A DNA stretch of 63,068 nt, filler included, from an uncultured bacterium (lineage in GTDB: Bacteria > CAYJOG01): the NCBI GenBank assembly GCA_964371695.1. It is 36 parts of 36 records of this genome, joined end to end, with 100 filler letters (N's around TTAATTAATTAA, not from the genome) between each part and the next. Parts side by side here need not be neighbours in the genome. Positions count along the whole stretch, not along the records: positions 34,564 to 36,205 come from CAYJOG010000649.1; positions 36,306 to 37,943 come from CAYJOG010000650.1; positions 38,044 to 39,673 come from CAYJOG010000651.1; positions 39,774 to 41,398 come from CAYJOG010000652.1; positions 41,499 to 43,115 come from CAYJOG010000653.1; positions 43,216 to 44,815 come from CAYJOG010000654.1; positions 44,916 to 46,514 come from CAYJOG010000655.1; positions 46,615 to 48,198 come from CAYJOG010000656.1; 28 more parts are not named here. One strand, written 5' to 3'. Each line of letters opens with the position of its first letter. Positions within the stretch are counted from its first letter, which is position 1. Shown one piece after another: positions 34,648 to 46,698 of this stretch. The notes beneath the pieces were generated by a model. It was not told the origin of the DNA. It ran no database searches and worked only from the letters and a program-made list of their open reading frames with translations. The position numbers were made by a program, and so were the translations under genes.

Positions 34648-34721
34648 GCGGCCATCCATGGCCGCAAGAGCCTGTTTGAATTACACCATGTTTCACATGG
34701 CGCAATTTATAAACAGGCTCT
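34648..34721. repeat. Repeat family B, copy 2
   Basis: GCGGCCATCCATGGCCGC-A-AGAGCCTGTTT...CCATGT-TTC-ACATGG...AAACAGGCTCT. Confidence 0.85.
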
Positions 34722-34805
34722 CAGGGAGAGGGCATTTTTATTCCAATCCTGTCGCCTCACCTTGCTTCATCACACCCCTGTCCCATCCTGGTTGTCAATT
34801 GGGTG

Positions 34806-36015
34806 TCAAGCTTTTCCCTCGGCGCGATAGGCCAGGGCCGCCTTGTGAATCGTCTCCTGCAGGTTGCGGCTGCATTTGAAGCCCGCGAGGCGCTCAGCCT
34901 TGTGGGGGTCGATGATCCAGTGGTGCTCGGTCATTTCACCCACGCGGCGACGGTCCAGGTGCAGGTCCACGTTCAGCAGTTTTTTGGCGGTTTCGGCCAC
35001 GGCGGCCAGGGTCCACAACNNNNNNNNNNGGCCGAGCCTCCAGGGTTTCGGCCATCAGCTCCATGGCCTGGGGAATGCTGAGGGTGTCTTCGTGGCAGAC
35101 GTGAAAGATTTCTCCCTTGGCGGCAGGGGCCTTGGCCAGGGCGATCATGCCCTCCGTCAGGTCTTCCACGTTCACAAAGCTGTAGCGTCGTTCCAGACCC
35201 AGCACACCCAGCACCAGCCCCTTGCCCGCCATCTGATACAGCGGCTCGGTGGCGTCGTCCTGCGGCCCCATGACGATGGGGGGGCGCACGCTGGTGAGTG
35301 GCAGACCGGCGATGCGCGACAGGGCTTCTTCGCCCCGCAGCTTGCTGACGCCGTAGGGGGTGGTGGGGTTGCCTGGGCTGGATTCCAGGCGGGGCAACTG
35401 GCCCACGCTGGGGCCGGTGGCCGCCATGCTGGAGACATACACAAAGCGACTCAGGCGGGGATTCTCTCGCAGGGCCAGGCGGGCCAGGGCCACCGAGGCG
35501 TCTACGTTAAAGGCGTCATAAGCCTCCTGCGAATCTGCATGAATGGCCCCCGCCACGTGAAACACCACGTCCACGTCGCCCAGCAGGCCCGCCAGGGCTT
35601 CGGGGTCGTTGATGTCCGCTTCGATGACCTTGATGTCCAGCCCCTTGAGGCGGGAGCGGTCGCTGCCGGGCCGCACGGGGGCCAGCACACGCACACCCTG
35701 CTCGTGCAGTTTGCGCGCCAGCCACGAGCCGACAAAACCATTGGCCCCTGTTACCAGCGCCTTGTGCAGGGCAGGTTTAGGAGCCGATTTGACGGCTTTG
35801 GCCACAGATGGTTTTTGGGCGGGCGCCGCCTTTTTGGCCACTGTTTTGACCGGTGCGGATTTCTTGGCCACTGGTTTGGCGGCGGCTTTTTTCATCGGTG
35901 GTTTCTTTTTGGCGGCGGCCTTGGCCGGAGCTTTTTTGCCTCCACCGGCCGGAACAGCCTTGAACCGAGCCGCCTGTTTGGCCTTGGGGGTATCAGGACG
36001 TTTTTTGTCTGCCAT
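34806..36015 (-). CDS. NAD-dependent epimerase/dehydratase with Lys/Ala/Pro-rich N-terminal extension (spans a 10-N scaffold gap at 35020-35029)
   Basis: LVTGANGFVG, HVAG, YVSS, YGVSK (YxxxK), VNVEDL; C-terminus continues after the gap. Confidence 0.85.
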
Positions 36016-36205
36016 GGGGTTCTCCTTGTGGGGTGGCGGCCACGCTGCCAAAGGCCAGTGTACTCAGCAGCCGGACGGTGCTTTTGAGGCTATCGGGATC
36101 ACGCATGAGAAGATACCGCGTCTTCACGCCTTCCACCACCATGCTGATCAGCGCGGCCACCTCTTTGGGGTCAAAACCGGAAAGCGGTCCCTGAGACATG
36201 ATGCC
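35993..36205 (-). CDS. C-terminal fragment, possibly of a TetR-family regulator
   Basis: 'DPKEVAALISMVVEG' resembles TetR C-terminal helices; fragment only. Confidence 0.35.
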   Translation of the reverse strand, partial: GIMSQGPLSGFDPKEVAALISMVVEGVKTRYLLMRDPDSLKSTVRLLSTLAFGSVAATPQGEPHGRQKTS

Positions 36206-36305
36206 NNNNNNNNNNNNNNNNNNNNNNNNNNNNNNNNNNNNNNNNNNNNTTAATTAATTAANNNNNNNNNNNNNNNNNNNNNNNNNNNNNNNNNNNNNNN
36301 NNNNN

Positions 36306-37943
36306 GTTCATGCGCGGTGCGGGGCCGTCCAGCTTGGGGCCATCCCCGGCGCTGAGCTGGCTTTTGTCGGCGTCCAGGGAATCCGTCGCTGCGCTCAGCA
36401 CACCGCCGGGCCAGGTGGCGGCCAGAAACACCACCGGCGGCAGGTTGGTCTTGACCGGCGTGACCTTGGGGGGCGACGTGTCCAGGTCTACCCGCAGCAG
36501 GGCGGCCGGGGTGGTTTTGGGATCTGCCCCATTCCCGGTTTTCATGGTTTCGGGCATGTCGGCGGGTTTCAGGCTGATGCAGGCGGCGAGAAGTTCCTTT
36601 TCTGCAAGGGGTGTCAGGGAATTGGAAAGGCAGAAACCAGTGATTTCTTCTTTCAGCAGGGCTTTTTGGCCAAAGCCGGTGAACACCAGCAGACGGCCCG
36701 AAAAATCGGGCAGCGCGAGTGTTCCGTCGTGCAGCGTGAGGGCGGCGGTGTAGCGGGAGCCTCGCTGGGGTGGTACCAGAAGACGGGAGGAGGATTTGTT
36801 TTTGTTCCACCAAGTCTGCTGCACCGCGCCGTTTTGGCTGGCGGCCCACAACTCGCCCCAGCGCCAGCCCAGCCACATGGTCTGCTCTGGTGTGGCCAAC
36901 AGGCCGGTGGACACGGGGGCGGCTGTGGGGCGCAGGGTATAGAGCAGCGCACCGGCGTTGCCCGCCCCCAGCACCGCCAGTTTTTGTCCCTCCACGGCCA
37001 CCTTGGTGGCGGGCACCGGCAGGTTGAGCCGCCACAGGCGTTTGGGTGGGGTGGTGTTCAGGTCAAAGGCCGAGAGGGCCTGGGTCTCAAGCACCAGCAA
37101 CTGGCCCTGAAACTGGGCGAAGTCCTGGGCCGGGGGCAGGCCCTGAATGGCTTGGTGATGAAGGCCGCCGGGGCCTGTGTCCGGGAAGAGAAAAACAGTC
37201 TCCTGCATTCCCCCCGCCAGCAGCGCCGTGACGGCGCTGGGGCCGGTGAGTTGTCCCTCCAGGCCGCTGGGGCCAATGGCCACGCCCGGCGGCGATTTGA
37301 TCAGTTTGCCCCCCGCCCAGTGTTTGAGCGCCGGGTGGGGCAGGCTGCTGAGCGCCAAAGAAAAAGACCGGGCGGGCGCAGATGCGGCGACCCCCTGGGG
37401 TTGGCCGCCTTTCACCGTGATGAGCATCTGGTGTTGTGCGCCGGGCATGAGGCCCTTGAAGGTGACGGAGGTCTGGCCGGGTTTCTGGCCAGACACGATC
37501 ATGTCGTTGATGCCGGTGAAGGTGAGTGCGGCGCTGTTGCCCGTGGTGGTGATTTTGACGGACGCGCCGGAGGGGTAGGGGGGTGTGGCGGTGAGTTGAG
37601 GGGTGGCGGGCACGAATTTGGAAAGTTTCACCAAGGCCTGTTCCCCCACGGCCACGGTCAGGGTTTTGGGCAGCCCCGCCAGTGAAGAGGGTTCTGATTC
37701 TCCCGCCGCCCGGGATTCTGTGGGGGCGATGAGGGCCTCCATCTGGTCGGGCATCACGCGATAGGTGAGGGGCAGCGGGCCGCTGCCGGGTGTCACCTTG
37801 ACCGCGATGACAAAGTCAGGCTTCTGGCTGGTTTTGGGCGCTTGAATGAAGCCCTCCAGCGTGAGGTTTTTCAGCGTCAGGTCTTGCGGCCCTTTGAACA
37901 GCAGGCTGGCCTCGCCGATGGTGCAGGCCTCCGGCTCCAGACC
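36306..37943 (-). CDS. Large hypothetical extracellular/beta-rich protein (both ends truncated)
   Basis: Frame open across the whole contig; LVIVD/propeller-like stretches. Confidence 0.55.
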
Positions 37944-38043
37944 NNNNNNNNNNNNNNNNNNNNNNNNNNNNNNNNNNNNNNNNNNNNTTAATTAATTAAN
38001 NNNNNNNNNNNNNNNNNNNNNNNNNNNNNNNNNNNNNNNNNNN

Positions 38044-38345
38044 CCTATGTGCGCTCCAGCTACGTCACCGCCAATCTGCTGAAACAGTTGCCGCCTCTGG
38101 TGGGCGTGGCGTTCATCAAGCGGAGTTATTTCACCAGTGGTCTGGCCGAAGCCCACGAAGGCGTGTTGCTGGATCAAAAAGACCTGGTGCATGCCTCCAG
38201 CGTGGAGAAAAAAGTGGTGAAGGTGTCGTTTCTGGACTATCTGCGCCCCCGCACCGGTCAGCCCAAGTTTGATGGTGTGATGTTTTATCGCATCCTGCCC
38301 GGCGCGACGCCCCAGACAGACCCGCTGGTGCAGATGAGCCACTGA
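38044..38345 (+). CDS. DUF1460/AmiA-like (NlpC/P60 superfamily) amidase C-terminus
   Basis: HEGVLL...VHASSVEKKVV...LDYL...GVMFYR. Confidence 0.55.
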
Positions 38346-38423
38346 GCACCTGTTGCCAGTTGGCCTGCGCCATGACACCATGCGGGGCGTTCAAAACCGT
38401 CACTGGTGTCAAAGGAGATTCCC

Positions 38424-39626
<1,203 letters not shown>

Positions 39627-39773
39627 GCATTGACTGCGTCTTGGGTTTAACGGGGGGGGGGGGGGGGGGGGGGNNNNNNNNNNNNNNNNNNNNNNNNNNN
39701 NNNNNNNNNNNNNNNNNTTAATTAATTAANNNNNNNNNNNNNNNNNNNNNNNNNNNNNNNNNNNNNNNNNNNN

Positions 39774-40458
39774 TGTCGAGGTGGACGCCCCCGCCACGAA
39801 ACCCTATGACCTCCCGCCCCCCAAGGAATGCCCCAAGGAAAAATATTTTGAGGTTAACATCGAGTCTCCGGTGGCGGGCGCCCGCGCCACCGACGACGCA
39901 GGAAACAGCACCGCCTGGCTGCCCCCCGTGGCCTGGCCCCCCAAAAACGCCATCACGCTGATCGAAGACGACAACCAGCCCGAAGCCGAACTTTTTGCCG
40001 ACTACGACATCGTGGGCCTGTGGGGCGGTCTGGACAAAGACTGGCTGTATCTCTCCATGAAGGTGGACGGCAAGATTTCTGACGGCACCACCGCACCGCC
40101 AGAGGGGCATCTTTACACCGTGCTGCTCATGGATCCCAAAGAAGGAGACCGTGTGGTGCGCGACCGCGTGAACGGTTTTTCGCTGCAATACATGTCGCTC
40201 TACCGCCTGGCCAACCAGCCCCCCCAGGTGCTGCTGCGCCTGCGTCAGGACCGCACCAAACTGAACGACAAAGATGTCGAGGCGCGGGTGGATGGCGACA
40301 CGGTGCATTGGCGCGTGAAGCGCACAGCCCTGAAACTTTCCGCCGACCGCTCCCTGAAGATCATCGGCGCGGCGGGAGAAGCGCGCCTTGGCCCCGGCAC
40401 GGTGCATTTCACGGTCAAGGACATCACCCCCACCGGCCAGTTGCAGTTCATGCCGTGA
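39774..40458 (+). CDS. Hypothetical protein (5' truncated), possibly DOMON/carbohydrate-binding-like
   Basis: Open frame with 'DYDIVGLWGGLDKDWLYLSMKVDG'. Confidence 0.55.
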
Positions 40459-41198
40459 CAACCGCGCCCAGCCGCTGCTTTTTTATTTCACTCGCGGCCC
40501 TGTTTATGCTTTTGTCCAGCCACGCCAGCCAGGGCGCGTCGCTGGTTTATTCGTCTTTCAGCGGTTATTACCTGTGCCCGCAGCCCACGCTGAAAAACCC
40601 TGCCCCCATGCGTCTGGTGCAGGGCAAAAAAGGCCGCCTGGGGGGCGGCGCGGCGGGGCTTTATGAAATCCAGAAAGGCGTGGCTGTGGGCGACACCGCC
40701 CTGGTGACGCTGTGGGTGCTGGCCCTGAACCCCCATGTGCAGCCGGGAGATTATGTGGTGGCCCAGGACATCGCCGTGGTCCAGACCAGCACTGGCCTGC
40801 ATTTTGAAGGTCGGGGGTTTCGCATGGACTGCCGTCGCACCTCTAAAAGCCAATACGACAAAATCATGCGGTGGTACCAACCCCTGCTGGCGAACGCTCA
40901 GGTGAGCGACTGCGCCGTGCTGGTGGATTTGATCAGCCGCGCCCAGGCCGCCCGCCGCAAGGCAGGCCAGCCCCCGGCCGGGTCGGTCAAAGACCTGCTG
41001 CCCATGAACCCGCCCGTCTCGCCCCGCCTCATCCGGGCCGGTGAAGACCGCTTTTTTTGCAGCGACGTGCTGGTACGCACCAGCGGCGACGGTTTTTCCG
41101 TTCAGGCCCGCCCCCTGGGCGAACTTTCCCGCACCTGCACCCTTTCCCTAAAAAGCGGTCAGAAAAAAGTGCAACAGGCCGGGAAATGTGTGATGTAA
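40455..41198 (+). CDS. Secreted hypothetical protein
   Basis: GTGA overlap with the upstream gene; signal peptide; several Cys. Confidence 0.55.
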   Translation: MTTAPSRCFFISLAALFMLLSSHASQGASLVYSSFSGYYLCPQPTLKNPAPMRLVQGKKGRLGGGAAGLYEIQKGVAVGDTALVTLWVLALNPHVQPGDYVVAQDIAVVQTSTGLHFEGRGFRMDCRRTSKSQYDKIMRWYQPLLANAQVSDCAVLVDLISRAQAARRKAGQPPAGSVKDLLPMNPPVSPRLIRAGEDRFFCSDVLVRTSGDGFSVQARPLGELSRTCTLSLKSGQKKVQQAGKCVM

Positions 41199-41498
41199 AA
41201 ACAGTCCGGCCAGAAAAAAGAAGCTGAAAAAAGAAAAGGCCCCGACAGTTCCCTCTCCCGTGCTTTGCATGGGAGAGGGTGCCCCGAAGGGGCGGGTGAG
41301 GGCGATAAAAAAACACCACACCTTTTTCTTTTTTCTTTTTCTGTTCTCTTTCAGTGGGGCGGGGGGGGGCCCCCCGCCCCGCAAAAAATAGAAGAAAANN
41401 NNNNNNNNNNNNNNNNNNNNNNNNNNNNNNNNNNNNNNNNNNTTAATTAATTAANNNNNNNNNNNNNNNNNNNNNNNNNNNNNNNNNNNNNNNNNNNN

Positions 41499-41743
41499 GC
41501 CCCGGTGTGGACAACGCGGTGAAGGGTTATCTGGAAGCCAAGAAAAACAAACAGACCCTGGCGGCCATGATGCTGTTTGGCAACTCGCCGCAGATTCTCA
41601 CCAAATACACCTACAACGACACCCACGCCACGGGCTTCAACGAAAAAGGCGAACAGGCCGTGAGCGTGCCCTATACCGAGGCATTTGTGGTGCGCCGAGC
41701 GTTTGACGAGAAGTTCCAGGCATGGCGGCACAACACCGGCTGA
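41499..41743 (+). CDS. DMSO-reductase family type II enzyme, Fe-S beta subunit C-terminus (NarH/NxrB/SerB/EbdB-like)
   Basis: PGVDNAVKGY...LFG...GFNEKG...VP..E...RHNTG resembles beta-subunit C-termini; directly precedes gamma and chaperone genes. Confidence 0.7.
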
Positions 41744-41768
41744 GCCGACCAAAAGGAGGAGACCAGAC

Positions 41769-42668
41769 ATGAAACACAAATTAATTTCCACTCTTTCCCT
41801 TCTGGCGGCGATGGGCGCGGCGGGCGCGGCGCAGGCCGAAGGCATCACGGCCAAATATCTGGCCGTGGAAGACGGCTTCTTCGCCGTTCCCCACCCGCTG
41901 TTCGGCCCCTGGGCGCAGTTGCCCGCAGTGCCGGTGACACTCATGCCCCAGGGCATCACCACGCCCAGCAAAAGCACCCCCGGCCCCACCACTGTCGAGG
42001 CCCGCGCGGCCCACAACGGCAAGTGGCTGGCGGTTGAGGTGAGCTGGGCCGACGCCAGCAGCAACAACAAGTCCGCCACCTCGCAGTTTTCTGATGGTGT
42101 GGCCATGAGCATTCCGCTCAAAGACCCCGCCGCCACCAGCCCCTTCATGGGCAGCAAGGGTGCGGAAGTGTCCGTGATTTACTGGAAGGCCCTGTGGCAG
42201 CGCGACATGGTGAACGGTTATCAGGAAGTCACCGACCTTTACCCCAACGCCTTCACCGAGGGTTATCACAACTTCTATCCGCCCAAGGAAACCATCCATG
42301 GCCTGGCCACCAGCAAAGAGGTGTGGGCCAACCCCGGCAGCCGCGAGGCCAACCCCGCCCTGGTGCTGAACAGCCCCATGACGCAGCCCGACCGCACCAC
42401 GCCGGTGGAACAACTCATCGCCGAAGGTTTCAGCACCCTCACCACCCAGCGCCAGCAAGACGCCAAAGGCTGGGGTGTGTACAAAGACGGCAAGTGGCAC
42501 GTGGTGTTCACACTGCCGCTGAAAAGCGGCGACACGGCTGACCCGGCCCTTGTTCCCGGCGGGGTCAGCGCCATCAACTTTGCGGTGTGGGACGGCGGCG
42601 TGGAAGACCGTGGCGCCCGCAAGTCCTACAGCATGTTCACCCCGCTCACGCTGGAGAAATCGCCATGA
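41769..42668 (+). CDS. Periplasmic heme b gamma subunit (EbdC/DdhC/SerC-type DOMON domain)
   Basis: Signal peptide AQA; ARAAHNGKWLAVEVSWAD, FSDGVA, PFMGS...IYWKA, GKWHVVF, NFAVWDG...RGARKS. Confidence 0.88.
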   Translation: MKHKLISTLSLLAAMGAAGAAQAEGITAKYLAVEDGFFAVPHPLFGPWAQLPAVPVTLMPQGITTPSKSTPGPTTVEARAAHNGKWLAVEVSWADASSNNKSATSQFSDGVAMSIPLKDPAATSPFMGSKGAEVSVIYWKALWQRDMVNGYQEVTDLYPNAFTEGYHNFYPPKETIHGLATSKEVWANPGSREANPALVLNSPMTQPDRTTPVEQLIAEGFSTLTTQRQQDAKGWGVYKDGKWHVVFTLPLKSGDTADPALVPGGVSAINFAVWDGGVEDRGARKSYSMFTPLTLEKSP

Positions 42669-43115
42669 CAACCGCCCAGGTCACCTCACCCTCACTGCTG
42701 CTCGCGGACCTCTTCCGCGTGCTGGCCCTCACCTTTGGCCCCCCCGAGGGGCGCGACGGCGAAGCCCTGGCAGGCATCCTCAAAGACCTGGGCGATGTGC
42801 TGAAAGACGAAAAACATCCCCTGGCCGAACCCGTGGAATTGCTGCGGGAGGCGTTTGAAGAAATTCCTGCGGACATCGTGAACGACGACTACCACCCCCT
42901 GTTCAACACCCATGTGCTGGTGTCGCCCTTTGAGGGCAGTTATCACCGGCAGGAACGTGGCCCGGTGATGGGGGACGTGGCGGCTTTTTACAAGGCCTTC
43001 GGACTGGAAACGGCCCTGGAGTCTGGCCCGCCCGATGCGATGCACAAAGAACTGGCCTTCATGTCGTGGGTCAGCCTGAAAGAAGCCTATGCCCTTGAAA
43101 ACGGCCTGATCGAAG
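42665..43115 (+). CDS. TorD/DmsD/NarJ-family molybdoenzyme maturation chaperone (3' truncated)
   Basis: DYHPLF...SPFEGSY...GDVAAFYKAFGL...PDAMHKELAFM; ATGA-coupled. Confidence 0.85.
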
Positions 43116-43319
43116 NNNNNNNNNNNNNNNNNNNNNNNNNNNNNNNNNNNNNNNNNNNNTTAATTAATTAANNNNNNNNNNNNNNNNNNNNNNNNNNNNN
43201 NNNNNNNNNNNNNNNCTCCCGCCCGCCTGAAGAAAAGGACAAAAACATTTTTATTTTGAACTGGACTGCCGCTTTCGTGGGAATGACGGCGGTAAACGTT
43301 TCCTGTTTTTTTGCCGCTG

Positions 43320-44540
43320 TTACAACGACACGTCCGCCACCTGATCCAGCGTCTGGTCCAGTTGGGGGATGTTGTAGATGTAGCGCGGAGCGGTGGGGAG
43401 GTTTTCCAGATCGGTCACGTCGGTGACACCGTAATAACCATTGCGATAGGGCAGGCGGCCGCCCATCACCACCTGCTGGCTGGTTTGGCATGAAATGGTG
43501 AACTGGTCAGAGCTGGGCAGTGTCTGCACCAGGGTTTCGCGGAAGTCCGTGAGCCGCACCACCGACACGCGGGCGATGGCCTGGGGCGCGCTGCCCCCGG
43601 CGGGCGGCGCGCTGATGCGGGTGAGCACGGCCAGTGCGCCCTGCAGCGGACACAGCGCCTGTCCTTCGCCCTGCAAATCCGCCAGCTTTTGCGGCAGAAA
43701 ACCCGCCCCCCGCCGCACGCGCCACAGGGCGCTGTCCGCGCCGGTGGAAAGCAGGAAATAAATCCACTCCTGGGCCGGGTCATACACCGGCGAGACAACC
43801 CCCGCGAGGCCCGCCAGCACCGTGGTGACGGTTTTGTCCTGCACCGTCAGCTCGCGCCAGCGTTGTGCGCCGCTGCTGGTGGTTTCAAAAAACAGCACCC
43901 TATCGCCCTGGGGCGAAAAACGGGGTTGGGACAACAGTGTTGTGCTCGCGGTTCCATAAAGGGTGACGCCGAAATCCTTGTCGGCCAGCGCCATGGGCAG
44001 GTTGTAAAGCATCAGGCGGGGGCGGCTGGCGGCCCGCACGCTCACCACCCACTGGCCATCCTCGGAAAGGTCTGGTTCCTGCTCCGCCCTTTCGCTGGCC
44101 GAGAGCGGCGTGAGCGCCAGCGCGCCCAGGGCAGGGTCCAGATAAAACACCTCGCGGCGGCCGGTGCGGTGGCTGCGGGCGCTGAATACTGAGCCCAGTT
44201 GGCGGTGCAGCACATAGGGCTGGTTATAGCGCTGGCCCGTGGGCGTGGTGATGTCGAGCGAAAAGGTGTTCTCACCGATTTTGAGCGGCAACGGCGCGCT
44301 GAACAGGCCGGTGGTTTCGGTGAACACCACACCCTCCATGCGCACCCGGCTGCCGGGGGCGGTGCTGATGCGCACCGTGGCCTGGCTGGCGCTGAGGGCC
44401 TGCTGCGAAGGCGGCGACAGGGTTTTCAGCGCGGGGGCGCTGCTGCTCTCGGTGCTCCCCCCGCCGCCGCAACCCACGAAACCCAGCAGCGCTGCAAAAA
44501 CGAGAGCGCCGCCCGAGAGGCCTGAAAGGCGGTGTTTCAT
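43320..44540 (-). CDS. Lipoprotein with TolB-like/PD40 beta-propeller
   Basis: Lipobox FVGC-GGGG; EPDLSEDGQWVV, PRFSPQGDRVLF, PVYDPAQEWIYF. Confidence 0.75.
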   Translation of the reverse strand: MKHRLSGLSGGALVFAALLGFVGCGGGGSTESSSAPALKTLSPPSQQALSASQATVRISTAPGSRVRMEGVVFTETTGLFSAPLPLKIGENTFSLDITTPTGQRYNQPYVLHRQLGSVFSARSHRTGRREVFYLDPALGALALTPLSASERAEQEPDLSEDGQWVVSVRAASRPRLMLYNLPMALADKDFGVTLYGTASTTLLSQPRFSPQGDRVLFFETTSSGAQRWRELTVQDKTVTTVLAGLAGVVSPVYDPAQEWIYFLLSTGADSALWRVRRGAGFLPQKLADLQGEGQALCPLQGALAVLTRISAPPAGGSAPQAIARVSVVRLTDFRETLVQTLPSSDQFTISCQTSQQVVMGGRLPYRNGYYGVTDVTDLENLPTAPRYIYNIPQLDQTLDQVADVSL

Positions 44541-44815
44541 TTTCCGCGTCCGCGAATTTTTTCGGCCAGGGCCGAGGTGCTGGCGCCGCCCACCAGCGGA
44601 ATGATGACCACCTGGCCGCCGTTCTGGCGCACCAGTTCGCTGCCCACCACGGTGGCGGGTTTATAGTCCCCGCCCTTCACCAGCACGTCGGGCATGATGG
44701 TCTGGATCAGCTTGCGCGGCGTGTCCTCGCGGAACGCCACCACGGCGTCCACCATGTTCAGTGACGCCAGCAGTTCCAGTCGATGGGCCACGGGGTTGAA
44801 GGGCCGACCCTTGCC
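44537..44815 (-). CDS. rfaE2: ADP-heptose synthase adenylyltransferase domain (RfaE2/HldE C-terminus; 5' truncated)
   Basis: GRPFNP, VDAVVAFREDTP, PDVLVKGGDY, GGQVVIIPLVGGASTS. Confidence 0.9.
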   Translation of the reverse strand, partial: GKGRPFNPVAHRLELLASLNMVDAVVAFREDTPRKLIQTIMPDVLVKGGDYKPATVVGSELVRQNGGQVVIIPLVGGASTSALAEKIRGRGK

Positions 44816-44915
44816 NNNNNNNNNNNNNNNNNNNNNNNNNNNNNNNNNNNNNNNNNNNNTTAATTAATTAANNNNNNNNNNNNNNNNNNNNNNNNNNNNN
44901 NNNNNNNNNNNNNNN

Positions 44916-46363
44916 GCGCCCAGCAGCGTGCCCACACGGCCAATCATGCCAGGCCGGTCGTGGTGGCGAGTGATGAGGAAACGGCCCTGGGGCACCAGGT
45001 CCACCCGGTACGGCCCCACCTGATGAATCTTGGGCGTGCCGTCCAGGTCCAGATGCGCCGCCACGCTGAAGGCTTCTCCATCGATGTCCGCCGTCACCCG
45101 CAGGCTGTTGGGTAAAAAGTCTTCGGCGTTGGTGATCTGGTGCGTAATGCTCATGCCCTGGCGCTCCATCACCATCGGCGCGTTCACCAGATTCAGGTCT
45201 TCGTGCAGGTCGGCGAACTGCCCCACAATCAGGCTGCGGCCCACCAGGTCCAGCTCCCGCTGGCTGAGGGGCCCCCGGTGCGTGAGGGTAAACGCCAGCT
45301 TGCGGTGAGGTTTGTCGCCCACAAACAGGGTGTTGATCTGGCTGATGAGGCTGCCCAGGTGCCGGGCCAAATCCAGATAGGGACTGACCTTGGCCAGTGT
45401 CTCGGAGGTGAGCGCGGGCATGTTCACGGCGGTGGCCACCGGCTCGTCGTCGGCCAGATAGGCGCGAATCTGTCGGCACACATCCAGCGCCACGTTTTCC
45501 TGAGCCTCCACCGTGCTGGCCCCCAGGTGGGGCGTGAGAATGATGTTGGGAATGCCCCGCAACACGCTGTCGGCGGGCAGGGGTTCTTTCTCGAACACGT
45601 CCAGCGCCGCGCCGGCCACGTGGCCGCTGTTCACGGCATCCACCAGGGCCTGATTGTCAATAAGGCCGCCACGGGCGCAGTTGATGAGCCGCACGCCTTT
45701 TTTGCATCGGGCGAGGAAATCCTTGTTCACCATGCCTCGCGTGTGATCGTTCAGCGGCGTGTGAAAGCTGATGAAATCCGACTGGGCGATGAGATCCTCC
45801 AGGGGCACCAGTCTGGCCCCCAGTTGCTGGGCTTTTTCAGTGGTGATGCCGGGGTCAAAACCCAGCACGTCCATGTTCAGCCCCGCCGCCGATTTGGCCA
45901 CGTAACCGCCAATCTTGCCCAGGCCGATCACGCCGATGGTTTTGCCATAAAGCTCGTTGCCCACATAAGTCTTGCGGTCCCATACGCCCTCCTGCACCTT
46001 TTGGGCGGCCTGGGGCAGATGCCGGGCCAGGGCGAACATCAGCGCCAGGGCCTGCTCGGCAGCGGCGATGGTGTTGCCCTCGGGGCTGTTGATGACCACA
46101 ATGCCCCGCTCGGTGGCGATGGACACGTCGATGTTGTCCACCCCCACACCGGCGCGGCCAATGATGCGCAGGTTTTTGGCCGCCTTGAGAATGGCGGGCG
46201 TGACCGTTGTCTGGCTGCGCACCACCATGCCCTGATAGTCCGCTGCAAAACCCAGGATTTCTTCTTCTCTCTTGCCGGTAAACACATCCACGTCCAGTGA
46301 CTGACGCAAAATGTCCACACCGGTCTGACTGATGGGGTCGAGCACCACAACTTTGGCTTTCAC
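44916..46363 (-). CDS. serA: D-3-phosphoglycerate dehydrogenase (3' truncated within the ACT domain)
   Basis: VRSQT, GRAGVGVDNID, NTIAAAE, GLGKIG, NCARGG, TPHLGASTVEAQ, HHDRPGMIG. Confidence 0.96.
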
Positions 46364-46698
46364 AATTTTCTCCTTGGGTGAGGGATGGGCTGGCTTTCGT
46401 CAGCTTTTTTTGCGACACAGTCAGCGGACTGCCTCAGCGCACATTCATTTTTTTCAGGTTTCCAGAGCCTTGACGGTGGCCTCGATGCCCGCCATGGGGG
46501 TGTGAGGAATGCCCNNNNNNNNNNNNNNNNNNNNNNNNNNNNNNNNNNNNNNNNNNNNTTAATTAATTAANNNNNNNNNNNNNNNNNNNNNNNNNNNNNN
46601 NNNNNNNNNNNNNNGGCGGGACGCCCGCCCTACTGCGTCGGCCACCCTCTCCCCGTAAAGGGGAGAGGGCAAAATGGGGGTTTTCTGAACAAGAATTT

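Noticed and set aside
34936-35029. Apparent frameshift in the epimerase gene
   Set aside because: Coincides with a 10-N scaffold gap of arbitrary length.
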